From IMG/VR virus record IMGVR_UViG_3300032213_003144, positions 96,001 through 160,000 of that record: DNA of 64,000 nucleotides; one strand, written 5' to 3'. Position numbers and translations under genes: made by a program. Below, in pieces: positions 54,457-64,000 of this stretch (its first letter is position 1; every line of letters starts with the position of its first letter). The DNA is from a virus. The notes under the pieces are model-generated. The model worked only from the letters and a program-made list of their open reading frames with translations. It was not told the origin of the DNA and made no database searches.

Positions 54457-55089
54457 CTAAAATTCCTGAAGAAGAAACCCAAACCTGGATATTTCATCCC
54501 TTATTTCATTGTATTGAGACATTGGTATCGATGAATCAAACTTTTCATCCATGGTCTTTCTGAGCATCACCGGATAAAGCGCATGTCTGGTGTGATTCTC
54601 GCCATTCTCTGGATAAATGAGAATTTCGTCCCAGTTGACCGTTTTTCCAAGATTCACTGTATACGGAGCCGCCAACATGGCAACAGGCATTATCTCCCCA
54701 TCATCCGTCGTGCTTACGTGGGTGATTGTTAGGCATTCCTTAACGGGCATGTCTGGGTCAAGAAACGCATCAGCAAGCTCAATACCTTTTGTCTTTTCCG
54801 AACTAGAAGAACAGTACCCTTCGGCAACCATGGTTATTCCGGTTACTCCCCAGTATTTTCTCAACATTAAACAAAGTTTTTTGCATTTAGTAAATCTTTT
54901 AGCGTGTGGCTCTTTTGATATCTCTGATTTCATTTGGGCTATTATCATTAGGCTTGGGCCAACCCAGCCTATGAAGTGAGTGGCTATATCTTCGCCAATA
55001 CCGTGCTCTTTTACGGCGGTATCTTTTGCCAGTTGGGCCGACGTCAGGGCAAGAGCACACTTGCCAAAATCGTCAATATAATCGTCCAC
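54457..55089 (-). CDS. Hypothetical protein
   Basis: 210 aa; TAATAT 6 nt before the GTG. Confidence 0.7.
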   Translation of the reverse strand: MDDYIDDFGKCALALTSAQLAKDTAVKEHGIGEDIATHFIGWVGPSLMIIAQMKSEISKEPHAKRFTKCKKLCLMLRKYWGVTGITMVAEGYCSSSSEKTKGIELADAFLDPDMPVKECLTITHVSTTDDGEIMPVAMLAAPYTVNLGKTVNWDEILIYPENGENHTRHALYPVMLRKTMDEKFDSSIPMSQYNEIRDEISRFGFLLQEF

Positions 55090-55171
55090 CGTGAGATATT
55101 AAGGGAAAATCTCCACCCCCAGGGGAAGCCCCATCCCCTACGACCCAAATCCATCGACTAGAGTCTTCTTT

Positions 55172-55465
55172 ATGGCAAACAACAGCAACCCCAAGAAAAC
55201 AGCTAATAAAAAGAGTCCTGCGAAAAAAGCAGCCGCTAAAAAAGCACCTGCAAAAAAGGCAGCACCGAAAAAGTCAACTGCGGCAAAGAAGACCGAAATC
55301 AAGGTTGGCGATTCGACGGTGTCTTTCGTGAATGCAGAAAAGTTCGTTAATCACGTACTTGACGATGTTGCATCAAAGTCAACTTTTGTAAATTTAAAGA
55401 TTGATGAGAACGTTCAAAAGCAGAAGCGCTCACTTAGAAGATTCTTCAAGAAGCTCTTCAAGTAA
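55172..55465 (+). CDS. Histone-H1-like Lys/Ala-rich protein
   Basis: Repeated AKK units (PAKKAAAKKAPAKKAAPKK). Confidence 0.7.
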   Translation: MANNSNPKKTANKKSPAKKAAAKKAPAKKAAPKKSTAAKKTEIKVGDSTVSFVNAEKFVNHVLDDVASKSTFVNLKIDENVQKQKRSLRRFFKKLFK

Positions 55466-55483
55466 AAACACATCTGGACGGTC

Positions 55484-55891
55484 ATGACAACTGACCACAG
55501 AAAAGCTCCAAGAAGACAAATTCTAAATGTCACCAAGAGTGGCAGCTGGGGAAACGTCGCGTATCATCACGAACTATCCTGTGGACATACAGAGATTCGT
55601 AAACGTGCGGCGACCGGGGACATTGCATGCGCTTGGTGTTTTCGTGCCAAACAGCGTGATGTCGAAATGAAATCACTTGTTCGCGGCCCTATCTTACTCA
55701 TAGATGAACCCGACTTGGGCTTAGAAGAGATGAAGATAGATAAGACAAGAGCAACCCTGTCATCCCGATTTGGGATTCCGCTTGATGCTGTTGATGTCAT
55801 GGCTGAAGATATAAATGGGAAACTAGTAATTAGAAATGCTGTTATTTATCTTTCTGCTTTGGATGTTGAAAAGCTGACACGCAATAAGTAG
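55484..55891 (+). CDS. Hypothetical zinc-ribbon protein
   Basis: LSCGH...CAWC. Confidence 0.65.
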   Translation: MTTDHRKAPRRQILNVTKSGSWGNVAYHHELSCGHTEIRKRAATGDIACAWCFRAKQRDVEMKSLVRGPILLIDEPDLGLEEMKIDKTRATLSSRFGIPLDAVDVMAEDINGKLVIRNAVIYLSALDVEKLTRNK

Positions 55892-55927
55892 GATGTCGTC
55901 CTTACCACTTGACTAAACGGGGGATAC

Positions 55928-56260
55928 ATGAATAGCTCTGAAGTATCGGCTAAACCACCAAAGAACGGCAAGTGTCTCGGCTATGACCCAAATATTTTTT
56001 TCCCGTTTGCGGAAAAATCCGGAGACTCCTATTCGCGGAGTTATGTAAGAGGAAGAGAAAATACGATTCTCGCAAAATCAATATGCAAAGAATGCCTCGT
56101 TTCGGAAGAGTGTCTTCAGTACTCATTGCTTCACGAACCGCACGGAATCTGGGGTGGCAAAACGGAACGAGAAAGAAAGACTCTGAGAAGAAGACTTGGT
56201 GTGTCGCTAGTACCGAAAGAGCCAATAAATATTTTGCTCGGATTTAAGTTCGGGGGCTAG
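55928..56260 (+). CDS. whiB: WhiB-family transcription factor
   Basis: C...FFP...AKSICKEC.V..EC...GIWGG.TERER. Confidence 0.93.
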   Translation: MNSSEVSAKPPKNGKCLGYDPNIFFPFAEKSGDSYSRSYVRGRENTILAKSICKECLVSEECLQYSLLHEPHGIWGGKTERERKTLRRRLGVSLVPKEPINILLGFKFGG

Positions 56261-56269
56261 GTTACAGAA

Positions 56270-58066
56270 ATGGCACAAAACCCATCAGAACAAACCTCCA
56301 ACTTCCTAAACAGGCTTAGTGGAGTGCGTCAAACAGGTAACGGCTGGCAAGCAAGATGTCCGTGCAGAGAGGACGACAATAATCCGTCACTCGCTATCGG
56401 TCAGGGCGTAGACGGAAGAACGCTTGTTACTTGCCATCGCGCAATGTCTTGCGATGTAGAAAAGATTTGTAGCTCGGTTGGTTTGAAAGTTTCTGACCTG
56501 ATGCCCCCAGATGGAAATTTTGTTCCGTCAAAGGATGTTTTCAAGCCAGTCAAGCAGAGCCCTGTAAAAAGCACGCAGGTTAATTCACCAAGTGCCAGCA
56601 AGCCAAAGTTCGTAAAAGCTTACGATTACACCGATGAGCATGGTGTTTTGTTGTTTCAAAAAATGCGTCTAGTTGATGATGAAGGAAAGAAAACCTTTAG
56701 ACAAAGAAAACCAGATGGCTCTGGAGGTTGGGTTTATTCGCTAGGCGAAACTCCCAAGGTTCTTTACAATCTCCCAGCTGTTCTTGAAGCGAAATCAAAG
56801 AATATTCCGATATGGCTTGTCGAGGGAGAAAAGGATGCCGACACGCTCATTGATATGGGTATTGTCGCTACAACTATGCCTGGTGGTGCGGGAAAGTGGT
56901 TGGATATTCACACCGAAGCCCTTGCTGGCGGGATAATCGAGATTGTTGCCGACAACGACGAAATAGGCAAGAAACACGCAGTTGATGTTTTCAATGAATT
57001 ACAGTCAGCCGGATGTGACTCGCAATTATGGATTTGCCCATCAACCAAGGACATAACGGACCACCTTGGTTCTGGAGAAAAGATTGAGGACTTAATTCCA
57101 CTCGATGCGTCGCAGCAGATTGAGCAGATTCAAATACCAGAAAAAGAAATTGAAGAGTTATCAGCAGAAGAATTAACTCTCATAAAGCTCAACGAACTCC
57201 TCAACAGAGACGACCTTACCGCAAAACAAAAGATTGCAAAAAGCAATCTAATAGTCGCATCATCCACAGTTGGGCATGTACTAGATACAGGAAGACTTGT
57301 TCAATGGAATGATTTTCTTGCAGAATCAACAAACGAAACACATGACTGGGTAATACCAGGACTGGTTGAGCGCATGGAGCGAGTGATTGTTGTTGCTGCC
57401 GAGGGCGTTGGAAAAACAATGCTTGCACGACAGATAGCAATTTGTTGCTCTGCGGGAATTCATCCTTTCTCCTTTCAGAGAATGCCACAAGTCAGAACCT
57501 TGACAGTCGACCTTGAAAACCCAGAAAGAATTATCAGAAGAACGTCGAGACAGATTGCCGCAGAAGCAATGAGTCTTTCAAAAATTGAAAAATTAGAAGC
57601 ATATATTTTGACAAAGCCATCGGGAATGGACTTACTAAAAGCTCAAGACAGGTCGATACTTGAAGAGGCGATTGAAGAAGTACAACCGCAGATGCTCGTG
57701 ATTGGACCGCTCTACAAAGCCTTCCTTGACCCAGGTGGAAGAACTTCTGAATCGGTAGCTCTAGAGGTAGCGAAATATTTGGACACAATCAGGACTGTGT
57801 ATAATTGTTCATTATGGATTGAGCATCACGCTCCACTTGGCTCGACAATGTCTACAAGAGACCTACGCCCATTTGGTTCTGCTGTTTGGTCGAGGTGGCC
57901 AGAGTTCGGTATCTCTTTACAACCGGACCCAACGGCTCTGGGCGATTATGTTTATGACGTTAAACACTTTAGAGGAGCGCGAGAAGAACGCCCGTGGCCA
58001 CTAAAGATGAAGCGTGGGAAGAGATTCCCGTTTGAAGTTATAGATTGGATGAAAGTTGGGCCATGA
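56270..58066 (+). CDS. DNA primase-helicase (TOPRIM plus RecA-like ATPase)
   Basis: N-terminal Zn site CPC..D..PSL, VEGEKDAD, ADND, AAEGVGKT, VDLEN, PFGS. Confidence 0.9.
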   Translation: MAQNPSEQTSNFLNRLSGVRQTGNGWQARCPCREDDNNPSLAIGQGVDGRTLVTCHRAMSCDVEKICSSVGLKVSDLMPPDGNFVPSKDVFKPVKQSPVKSTQVNSPSASKPKFVKAYDYTDEHGVLLFQKMRLVDDEGKKTFRQRKPDGSGGWVYSLGETPKVLYNLPAVLEAKSKNIPIWLVEGEKDADTLIDMGIVATTMPGGAGKWLDIHTEALAGGIIEIVADNDEIGKKHAVDVFNELQSAGCDSQLWICPSTKDITDHLGSGEKIEDLIPLDASQQIEQIQIPEKEIEELSAEELTLIKLNELLNRDDLTAKQKIAKSNLIVASSTVGHVLDTGRLVQWNDFLAESTNETHDWVIPGLVERMERVIVVAAEGVGKTMLARQIAICCSAGIHPFSFQRMPQVRTLTVDLENPERIIRRTSRQIAAEAMSLSKIEKLEAYILTKPSGMDLLKAQDRSILEEAIEEVQPQMLVIGPLYKAFLDPGGRTSESVALEVAKYLDTIRTVYNCSLWIEHHAPLGSTMSTRDLRPFGSAVWSRWPEFGISLQPDPTALGDYVYDVKHFRGAREERPWPLKMKRGKRFPFEVIDWMKVGP

Positions 58067-58719
58067 GCGAAGACAAGTCTAAGCCAATAACAACTAGGGA
58101 GTTTTTGAGCGAACGTGATATGCGCATATTCAAAATGCGTCAAGCCGGAACCTCAATAAATGAGATAGCCAGAAGATTCGGAATATCAAATAGCGTCGTT
58201 GCGAAAGCAATTCAGCGACAGCTAGAAAAGATGAACAAGGAAGCGGTTCTTGCTTACCCTGAGGTATTGCGAATGGAGCTTGAGCGACTGGATAATCTTC
58301 AGCAAGCAATCTGGCCTATGACTCAACACAGAAGACAGGTGATGGATGATGGCTCAGAGCAGTCAATAGAGCCAGACATGAAGGCTATTCAACAGGTTTT
58401 GTCAATCATGGATAGAAGAACGAAGTTGCTAGGTATGGAAAGCACCAATATCAATGTTCAGATGGATGTTAATGGCTCACAGAACGTGCGGGCCACGATT
58501 GCTGGACAGGAAGGCGTAACAAGGCCGGCAATAGGTTTCGACCCTGAATCCGAGGCAAAGAAGCTGCTTGAGTTGATGGCCATATCGGGAGTTCTTCCAG
58601 CCGACACAATAAAAGCCCTGATGGGTCCTAGCGAATCTGACATAATAGACGCAGAAATAGTCCCAATAGAAATAGATGATAGTGTTGACGAATCGGAAGA
58701 GGAAGATGATGTCATCTGA
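58063..58719 (+). CDS. HTH protein, small terminase candidate
   Basis: HTH SINEIARRFGIS followed by ELERLD.L...W...I..RR.KLLG; ATGA overlap with the helicase stop. Confidence 0.55.
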   Translation: MSEDKSKPITTREFLSERDMRIFKMRQAGTSINEIARRFGISNSVVAKAIQRQLEKMNKEAVLAYPEVLRMELERLDNLQQAIWPMTQHRRQVMDDGSEQSIEPDMKAIQQVLSIMDRRTKLLGMESTNINVQMDVNGSQNVRATIAGQEGVTRPAIGFDPESEAKKLLELMAISGVLPADTIKALMGPSESDIIDAEIVPIEIDDSVDESEEEDDVI

Positions 58720-59050
58720 AAATAATAGTCAAATGAATAATGGTGTTGTCCATTCAAACATCGGTCCCGCAATGGATAAATTGGCAGAAACAATGGATAT
58801 GACCATTCAACCAATAGAAAAAGACGATGACGGTCCAGCTCAGGTTCAGCAATTAATCAGATGCACCGATACCGACAGGGACAGATGGAGACAGGCGTCT
58901 GCGCTATCCAATATGACTGTTTCTGCATGGATTAGACAAACACTTAACACCGAGGCAAAAACTCTCCTTGAGTGTGAACACCCATTGAACGAAATGTTGT
59001 TGTACCCGTGGGCAAAAATATGCAAAAAATGCAATACTAGAATATTGTAG
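58706..59050 (+). CDS. Hypothetical protein (RHH-like plus Cys cluster)
   Basis: RW..AS...MTVSAWIR..LN, CEHP, CKKC. Confidence 0.55.
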   Translation: MMSSENNSQMNNGVVHSNIGPAMDKLAETMDMTIQPIEKDDDGPAQVQQLIRCTDTDRDRWRQASALSNMTVSAWIRQTLNTEAKTLLECEHPLNEMLLYPWAKICKKCNTRIL

Positions 59051-59107
59051 TTTTAGCTAATTATAAACTCCTGGCCTTTTGGGCATAGTGGTATCATTGC
59101 AAGCGAA

Positions 59108-62100
59108 ATGTCTTCGCAAAATAATGAGTTTGAGATTCCCTTTAGCCAGTCACGCCGTGGCAAAAAAGAGGAAATTAACGTTAAGGCAATAGGCCGGCGA
59201 ATTGGCTCATCGGCAGCAAGCAGACTCGTTGACCGACCGAATATAGGTGGTAGAAGAAGGCGCGGAACTCGTGGACTTGGCATCCCAGATGGAGACCTGA
59301 ATCCCCGCACTAGAGTTGATGTCGACGGAGATGGAACAATCTTCGATGGGTGGCCTGGCTGGGAGCAACCAGACCCAACCCCATCATCGATGCCTAATGC
59401 TCCAAAATTATCTCTATCTAGTGGAGAAAAAGATAAAAAACCATCTTTCCCACGCAAACCTACATATGGCCCATTCATTGGAAGTGCTGAAGACAGATTT
59501 GGCAAAGCAAAAACATGGGAAGAGTTTAAAGAAATTTACGACGACACCGAAATAAACTTCTTTGACTACGAAACAACTGGTCTTGTATTTGACGAATTCA
59601 GAGAGCCGTCGGCCAATGGTCAGCCAGTTCAGTTTGGCGTTGTGAGAATGAAGGGCGATAAGGAAATAGCTCGCTTGAATCTGTTTATGAACCCAAAAGA
59701 GCCGCTTGGCGAATGGTCGGCAAGAGAATTAAAAGATAGAGACGGAAACCAGCTAACAGACGAATGGCTATCCAGACAGATGTCCATGGCCGAAGCTCAC
59801 AGGGCACTCGTTGAATTCGCTGGAGAAGATGCAATATTTGGTGTGCAGAATGCTGCGTTTGACAAAGACGTTCTAGAACAGACGCTTAGCGATGCCGGAA
59901 TTGAATGGCGTCCCGGTGGATACCTAGATACAAAAGACATAGCAGACATGACTCTTCCTAAATGGTCTGAAGAAAATCAGGATGGGCCGTTCGTCATTGA
60001 CTCTGAAGGAAACAAAAAACCATCAAATGGCCTTGCAGCAATAACCAAATACCTAGAGGTTGAGCTAGGGGAAAAACACCACACTGCAGATGCTGATGCA
60101 CAGGCTACCGGCCTAGTGATGTCGGCGATAATAAATGGTGCCATTGAGAGAGACTGGCCGACAAATCTTCTTGATTCAGAAAAAAGAAAAACAAAACTGC
60201 AGAAAGATAATGAAAAATTTGATGCAGAAATAAAAAAATTTAGAGCAGCAAAAGAAGAATTTATTAAAGCTGCAAAGCAAAACGAACAGCCAAGCTTGTC
60301 GTCTGGTTCAAAAGAGCGCCCAATAATAAAACTAGAAAACGACAAAAAGCGCCCAGTGATATCGTTCCAGAAAGATGAACGAGAATTGCTAAAAAAACAT
60401 CGTTCAACAAAATACAAATATGGCGACAAGAGTGCACTTGGTGGAGAAATTAAGTCTACTAAAACCAACTGGCTAAAGGGTTTGTCAAGTGAGCAAATTT
60501 CAGAACTCATAGTTCCCAGTTCGCAAGAAGAGCACTACAGAATGTGGGTTGACGATATAGCCCCAGGCGCATATGAGACACCGTCAATCAATGAGGCATT
60601 CAGGAAATATTATGACGAGATGATGGCAGGAAATCCATGGGATGAGGTTGACTATTCTCCGGACAACGTCCAGGCTTCACGGGATGCAGTAAAAGCACTG
60701 CTTGACTCATCACCAGCCGTTAAATGGGCCTTTGAAAACCATGGGGCTCCATCCATTGGTGTGATGTCAGCAAAAGGAATTGAAACCTACGAAGCAATAC
60801 CATCTGTAAGTCAAAAATTGACCGCGCTGCAGAATGAAAGATTTTTAGCTAAAAAACCATTTGTCAGGGCAAGACTTTCTCCTGGAACCAATTTGCTGAT
60901 ATTTAACAAGCGTGCCCTCATTGATAGAGAGGGCTCGATTCCCGGGGAAGAGACTCCGCTCCTATGGTCAGACGCGCATATGCCACTAATAACCGATGCG
61001 CATATAGATAAATCAATCACTGGAACGATTGTTCATGAATGGGGACACTGGCTTGTTTTTAGAGCAGTAAAAGACACAGAGCAGATAAAAAGGAATAGAA
61101 CCAACTTCTTCGGCTCGGGGGACCTTAACGACGATAATTACATCAAAGCCCTCGCCCTATCTGAGTACTATTCAAAAACAGAAAAAAACAATGGACTTAT
61201 GGATTTATGGAATAAAAAAGTTCCCATAGAAGACTCCAGAGAGGTTCCGCGTGTTCTGACTTCATATGGTCACGTAAACGAGGCAGAAACATTCGCCGAA
61301 GGTGTAGTTGCATACTTTCATCCAAATCCAGAAGTAAGAAAAAATGCAATAAATGAAAAGTTGCGCAACGATATTGAGACATTCCTGGGAGATGGGGACG
61401 GAAAGAAACCGTGGGACGATAATGAATCCATAGAGCTTGCTATATCCTCTGGGCGGACATCTAAGCAGCGTTTGGAGAAGAGAGAAGCCAATTCAACCTC
61501 ATCGGAACAGGCATTTTCGTCAATGCCAGAGGATGACAGGGAATTGGCCCGACTTGACTACTTCTTGTCACTCTCTTCTGGCGCAATAATTCCCGAATCC
61601 GGCTCGCGCAAACTAGAAATAATAAACGATTTTGATGATAGAAAGAACGACAATTTTGCGACTCCGATACGCGTTGTGAGCTTTAAGGACAGTAACGGGA
61701 AAGATGTTGAGTACACGATATTTGCCACTGGGAAATTTGGCGACAGCGTTTACGTTTTTGAAAAGACAAAACTAGATAAATACGTATCAGAAAAAGAAGA
61801 AATGATTTCTCTCGCCAATGGGGTTCCATTTGAGGAGGTTGGCATATCCGTCATAAGTACAATGACAGACGAAAGAGAAATACGAGATAAAAAAAATGGC
61901 CTAGTTGGCGTAATGTCTGTCATGCCTCCGTCGGGTGACGGAGAAACATCCGTAGTACACGAAATTGCAATCGACGACAAACATAAAAGAAGAGGACTCG
62001 CCTCTGCTCTGTTTAAATACCACAGAGACTCATGGCCGGACCAAGACCTGCATCACAGCTCGGCACTTTCTGATGATGGGAGAGCGTTTGCTGCGGCTAC

Positions 62101-64000
62101 CCCGTTTGACGGAACGTCCAATCCTCCAGTCGGAAATCTTCAAAACGATTTAACCAATTTCGTAAGAGGTTTGATGGAAGTGCTTCCTGACGATGAAAAC
62201 GATAACGACATATCACTCTCCTCTGGGGCGAAGTATTCAGAAATTGTGAAGAGGCAGCCAAATCCTTCACGTGAGCAAATTGATTCTTCTAGAAACTTTA
62301 AGGATTTCGTTCAACTTGACGAACTAAGAAAAGAAGACGTATGGGCGACCACCGGCGTTGATGATTTCGGTGATGACATAACGGAAATGGTGGACTCAGA
62401 AGATAGGGCCAACATAAAGAAAGATATCAAGCAGTCAATTGAAACGTTGTTCTCTTACGAGATTGAGCTTGACGACAGTATTGTTGTAACGTCCAATTCT
62501 GGAGAAAAAATCAATCTCGGAAACAGGATAAAAATTACAGCTGTTGTTGAAGACGTTCAGGTCTCTGCTCTAGAAGAAAAAGATATCTCCGAACAGATTA
62601 ACGAGATAGGGCACATGCTTATCGGAGAAGATAAGAAGCCGCTCACAAGGGTGGATGTAAAATTCAAGATATCCCCAGCCGATTCCGCGGCTACGGAAAA
62701 ACTGCTCGCCTTAGGTGTGCCGGAGAGTCTTATCGATATCGACAATCCAAAAACAGACATTGAGCTTGGGCGCGCTCATAGAGCGATATTTACGGACGGC
62801 AGCAAGACGATAGTGTCCCATGAGTCAATATTCATTAGTAATAGCGCTCGCGGTAACGGTTTGGCTAGTGTATTTAATGCCAGAAATGAGTCGCTATATA
62901 GAGAGATTGATGCCGATTCAATAATAACCCAAGGCATGTCCTCATCGTCTTCAGACCAAATCGGCGCTACCCATTGGGCCAGAAATGGTTTTACTATCCT
63001 CGGCGAGCCATCGAAGCAGAGATTCATTGGCGTAATCGATGATGCCATAACCAACAAACCAGGGTCATTCTCTGAAGAGGAGAGGAAGAGAATATCCTCG
63101 CTATACAAAAAAGATAAAAAGACTGGGAAATTCACCTCTTCTGCAACCCCAGAAGAACTAATTGACTTCAGCGAAGCAGACGAAGTGTTTGGCCTCTCCA
63201 ACAACGGTGATGGAGAAGCAATATTTTTCACTCGCGAAGTCTCAAAGCCAAGCGGAATCAATAAGGCAATGAACAGAATGAGGAGAAGGGTTGGTTCGGA
63301 AAGAACTGAATCGATTTCTCCGTCGCTTTCTTCTGGGGCTTTTGATTACCGCGGGCTCCATGGGGCTCCAGGTCGTGGCTCTGGAGCACCACTGCACGAC
63401 CTGATATCCCCAGACTATTCGGTATACCCGGAAGACGTATATTCATCAAACGCTATTAAATACTACGGGGTTGGAGACGATAACCTTGATGCATCAGCAT
63501 TCAACTTGATTAGAAGCTTTAAGGGTAAGCCAAACGCAGAGGTCACTATATATAGGGCTGTGCCTACTTCTCCTGAGACGAGAATTTCTCGTTTGGAAAA
63601 AGAAAAAGCTCACATAATGAAGTATGGAAAAGTACCAAAGAGCGCCGTAACCAATCTAGGACCAAGCGAGTACTACGAAAAAATTAGCAATGAAATAGAT
63701 GAGTTGAAAAACAACCCAGAAGTCAGGTCTTCCGTTTCTTCTGGGGACTGGGTTACCCCATTTAGACAATATGCAGTAATGCATGGAGATGGTGCTCTTC
63801 GTGGAGATTATGAAATAGTAAAGAAGCGTGTAAAAGCAAAGAATGTCTATACGGACGGAAATTCATGGCTTGAGTGGGGCTATGACGATAGTAAGGGTTC
63901 GTTGTCTTTGTCGTCTGGGGAGCAACCTAAAATAAACCTATCAGATGATGAAAAAAGAGAGATAATACGTCTCGCATCTCAAAGGACGGATAGTTTCTCG
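59108..64000 (+). CDS. Giant polyvalent protein (partial, at least 1631 aa): DEDDh exonuclease, zincin, two GNATs, ART-like domain
   Basis: Segments translated by hand in one frame: FFDYETTGL..QNAAFD..HHTADADA; VHEWGH (H at 61034)..SYG..EAETFAE; HKRRGLASAL; ARGNGLAS..GATHWARNGF; IYRAV..GDWVT..EWGY. It is absent from the ORF track, consistent with no in-window stop. Confidence 0.85.
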   Translation, partial: MSSQNNEFEIPFSQSRRGKKEEINVKAIGRRIGSSAASRLVDRPNIGGRRRRGTRGLGIPDGDLNPRTRVDVDGDGTIFDGWPGWEQPDPTPSSMPNAPKLSLSSGEKDKKPSFPRKPTYGPFIGSAEDRFGKAKTWEEFKEIYDDTEINFFDYETTGLVFDEFREPSANGQPVQFGVVRMKGDKEIARLNLFMNPKEPLGEWSARELKDRDGNQLTDEWLSRQMSMAEAHRALVEFAGEDAIFGVQNAAFDKDVLEQTLSDAGIEWRPGGYLDTKDIADMTLPKWSEENQDGPFVIDSEGNKKPSNGLAAITKYLEVELGEKHHTADADAQATGLVMSAIINGAIERDWPTNLLDSEKRKTKLQKDNEKFDAEIKKFRAAKEEFIKAAKQNEQPSLSSGSKERPIIKLENDKKRPVISFQKDERELLKKHRSTKYKYGDKSALGGEIKSTKTNWLKGLSSEQISELIVPSSQEEHYRMWVDDIAPGAYETPSINEAFRKYYDEMMAGNPWDEVDYSPDNVQASRDAVKALLDSSPAVKWAFENHGAPSIGVMSAKGIETYEAIPSVSQKLTALQNERFLAKKPFVRARLSPGTNLLIFNKRALIDREGSIPGEETPLLWSDAHMPLITDAHIDKSITGTIVHEWGHWLVFRAVKDTEQIKRNRTNFFGSGDLNDDNYIKALALSEYYSKTEKNNGLMDLWNKKVPIEDSREVPRVLTSYGHVNEAETFAEGVVAYFHPNPEVRKNAINEKLRNDIETFLGDGDGKKPWDDNESIELAISSGRTSKQRLEKREANSTSSEQAFSSMPEDDRELARLDYFLSLSSGAIIPESGSRKLEIINDFDDRKNDNFATPIRVVSFKDSNGKDVEYTIFATGKFGDSVYVFEKTKLDKYVSEKEEMISLANGVPFEEVGISVISTMTDEREIRDKKNGLVGVMSVMPPSGDGETSVVHEIAIDDKHKRRGLASALFKYHRDSWPDQDLHHSSALSDDGRAFAAATPFDGTSNPPVGNLQNDLTNFVRGLMEVLPDDENDNDISLSSGAKYSEIVKRQPNPSREQIDSSRNFKDFVQLDELRKEDVWATTGVDDFGDDITEMVDSEDRANIKKDIKQSIETLFSYEIELDDSIVVTSNSGEKINLGNRIKITAVVEDVQVSALEEKDISEQINEIGHMLIGEDKKPLTRVDVKFKISPADSAATEKLLALGVPESLIDIDNPKTDIELGRAHRAIFTDGSKTIVSHESIFISNSARGNGLASVFNARNESLYREIDADSIITQGMSSSSSDQIGATHWARNGFTILGEPSKQRFIGVIDDAITNKPGSFSEEERKRISSLYKKDKKTGKFTSSATPEELIDFSEADEVFGLSNNGDGEAIFFTREVSKPSGINKAMNRMRRRVGSERTESISPSLSSGAFDYRGLHGAPGRGSGAPLHDLISPDYSVYPEDVYSSNAIKYYGVGDDNLDASAFNLIRSFKGKPNAEVTIYRAVPTSPETRISRLEKEKAHIMKYGKVPKSAVTNLGPSEYYEKISNEIDELKNNPEVRSSVSSGDWVTPFRQYAVMHGDGALRGDYEIVKKRVKAKNVYTDGNSWLEWGYDDSKGSLSLSSGEQPKINLSDDEKREIIRLASQRTDSFS

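Noticed and set aside
55108-55140. G/C-run cluster as a G-quadruplex or origin
   Set aside because: Only three long G-runs lie on one strand, between divergent promoters, with no other support.
63725-63750. SVSSG as another boundary motif
   Set aside because: It lies inside the ART-like domain directly before the DWVT core, so it was not counted.
19271-63919. SSG motif as a DNA repeat or recombination site
   Set aside because: Codons vary, including TCN versus AGY Ser and CTN versus TTG Leu. A TCTGG bias exists but no fixed nucleotide core.
1-64000. Integrase, transposase or host chromosome junction
   Set aside because: None was recognised; the whole window reads as phage sequence.

Overview
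This window is a segment of a large tailed-phage genome with a contractile tail (sheath and tube) and an HK97-type head, probably infecting Actinobacteria. The host call rests on WhiB, an actinobacterial-type ferredoxin and many leaderless genes. Left arm, mostly - strand: tape measure N-terminus, tail chaperone, tube, sheath, neck genes, a ParB/PAPS-reductase/ParB module, RuvC, HNH, RecB-like nuclease, Rad52-like annealing protein and large terminase. Middle, + strand: portal, a 3.7-kaa prohead-protease fusion, a 2.7-kaa polyvalent protein, several head-associated proteins and the major capsid protein. Right part: ferredoxin, TauD-like dioxygenase, ACP, peroxidase, thyX, class II RNR, three tRNAs plus one aberrant tRNA-like gene, WhiB, primase-helicase, and a >1.6-kaa ORF missing from the ORF track because it runs off the window. 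Two candidate new systems stand out. (1) Three giant multi-enzyme proteins carry 23 copies of a protein-level [LI]-[SA]-S-G motif, mostly at domain boundaries, which suggests virion-packaged polyproteins. (2) Two adjacent predicted small RNAs carry complements of 23S rRNA helix 69 (16/16) and of the 16S rRNA 3' end (15/17). All family assignments come from motifs recognised by eye; no database searches were run.
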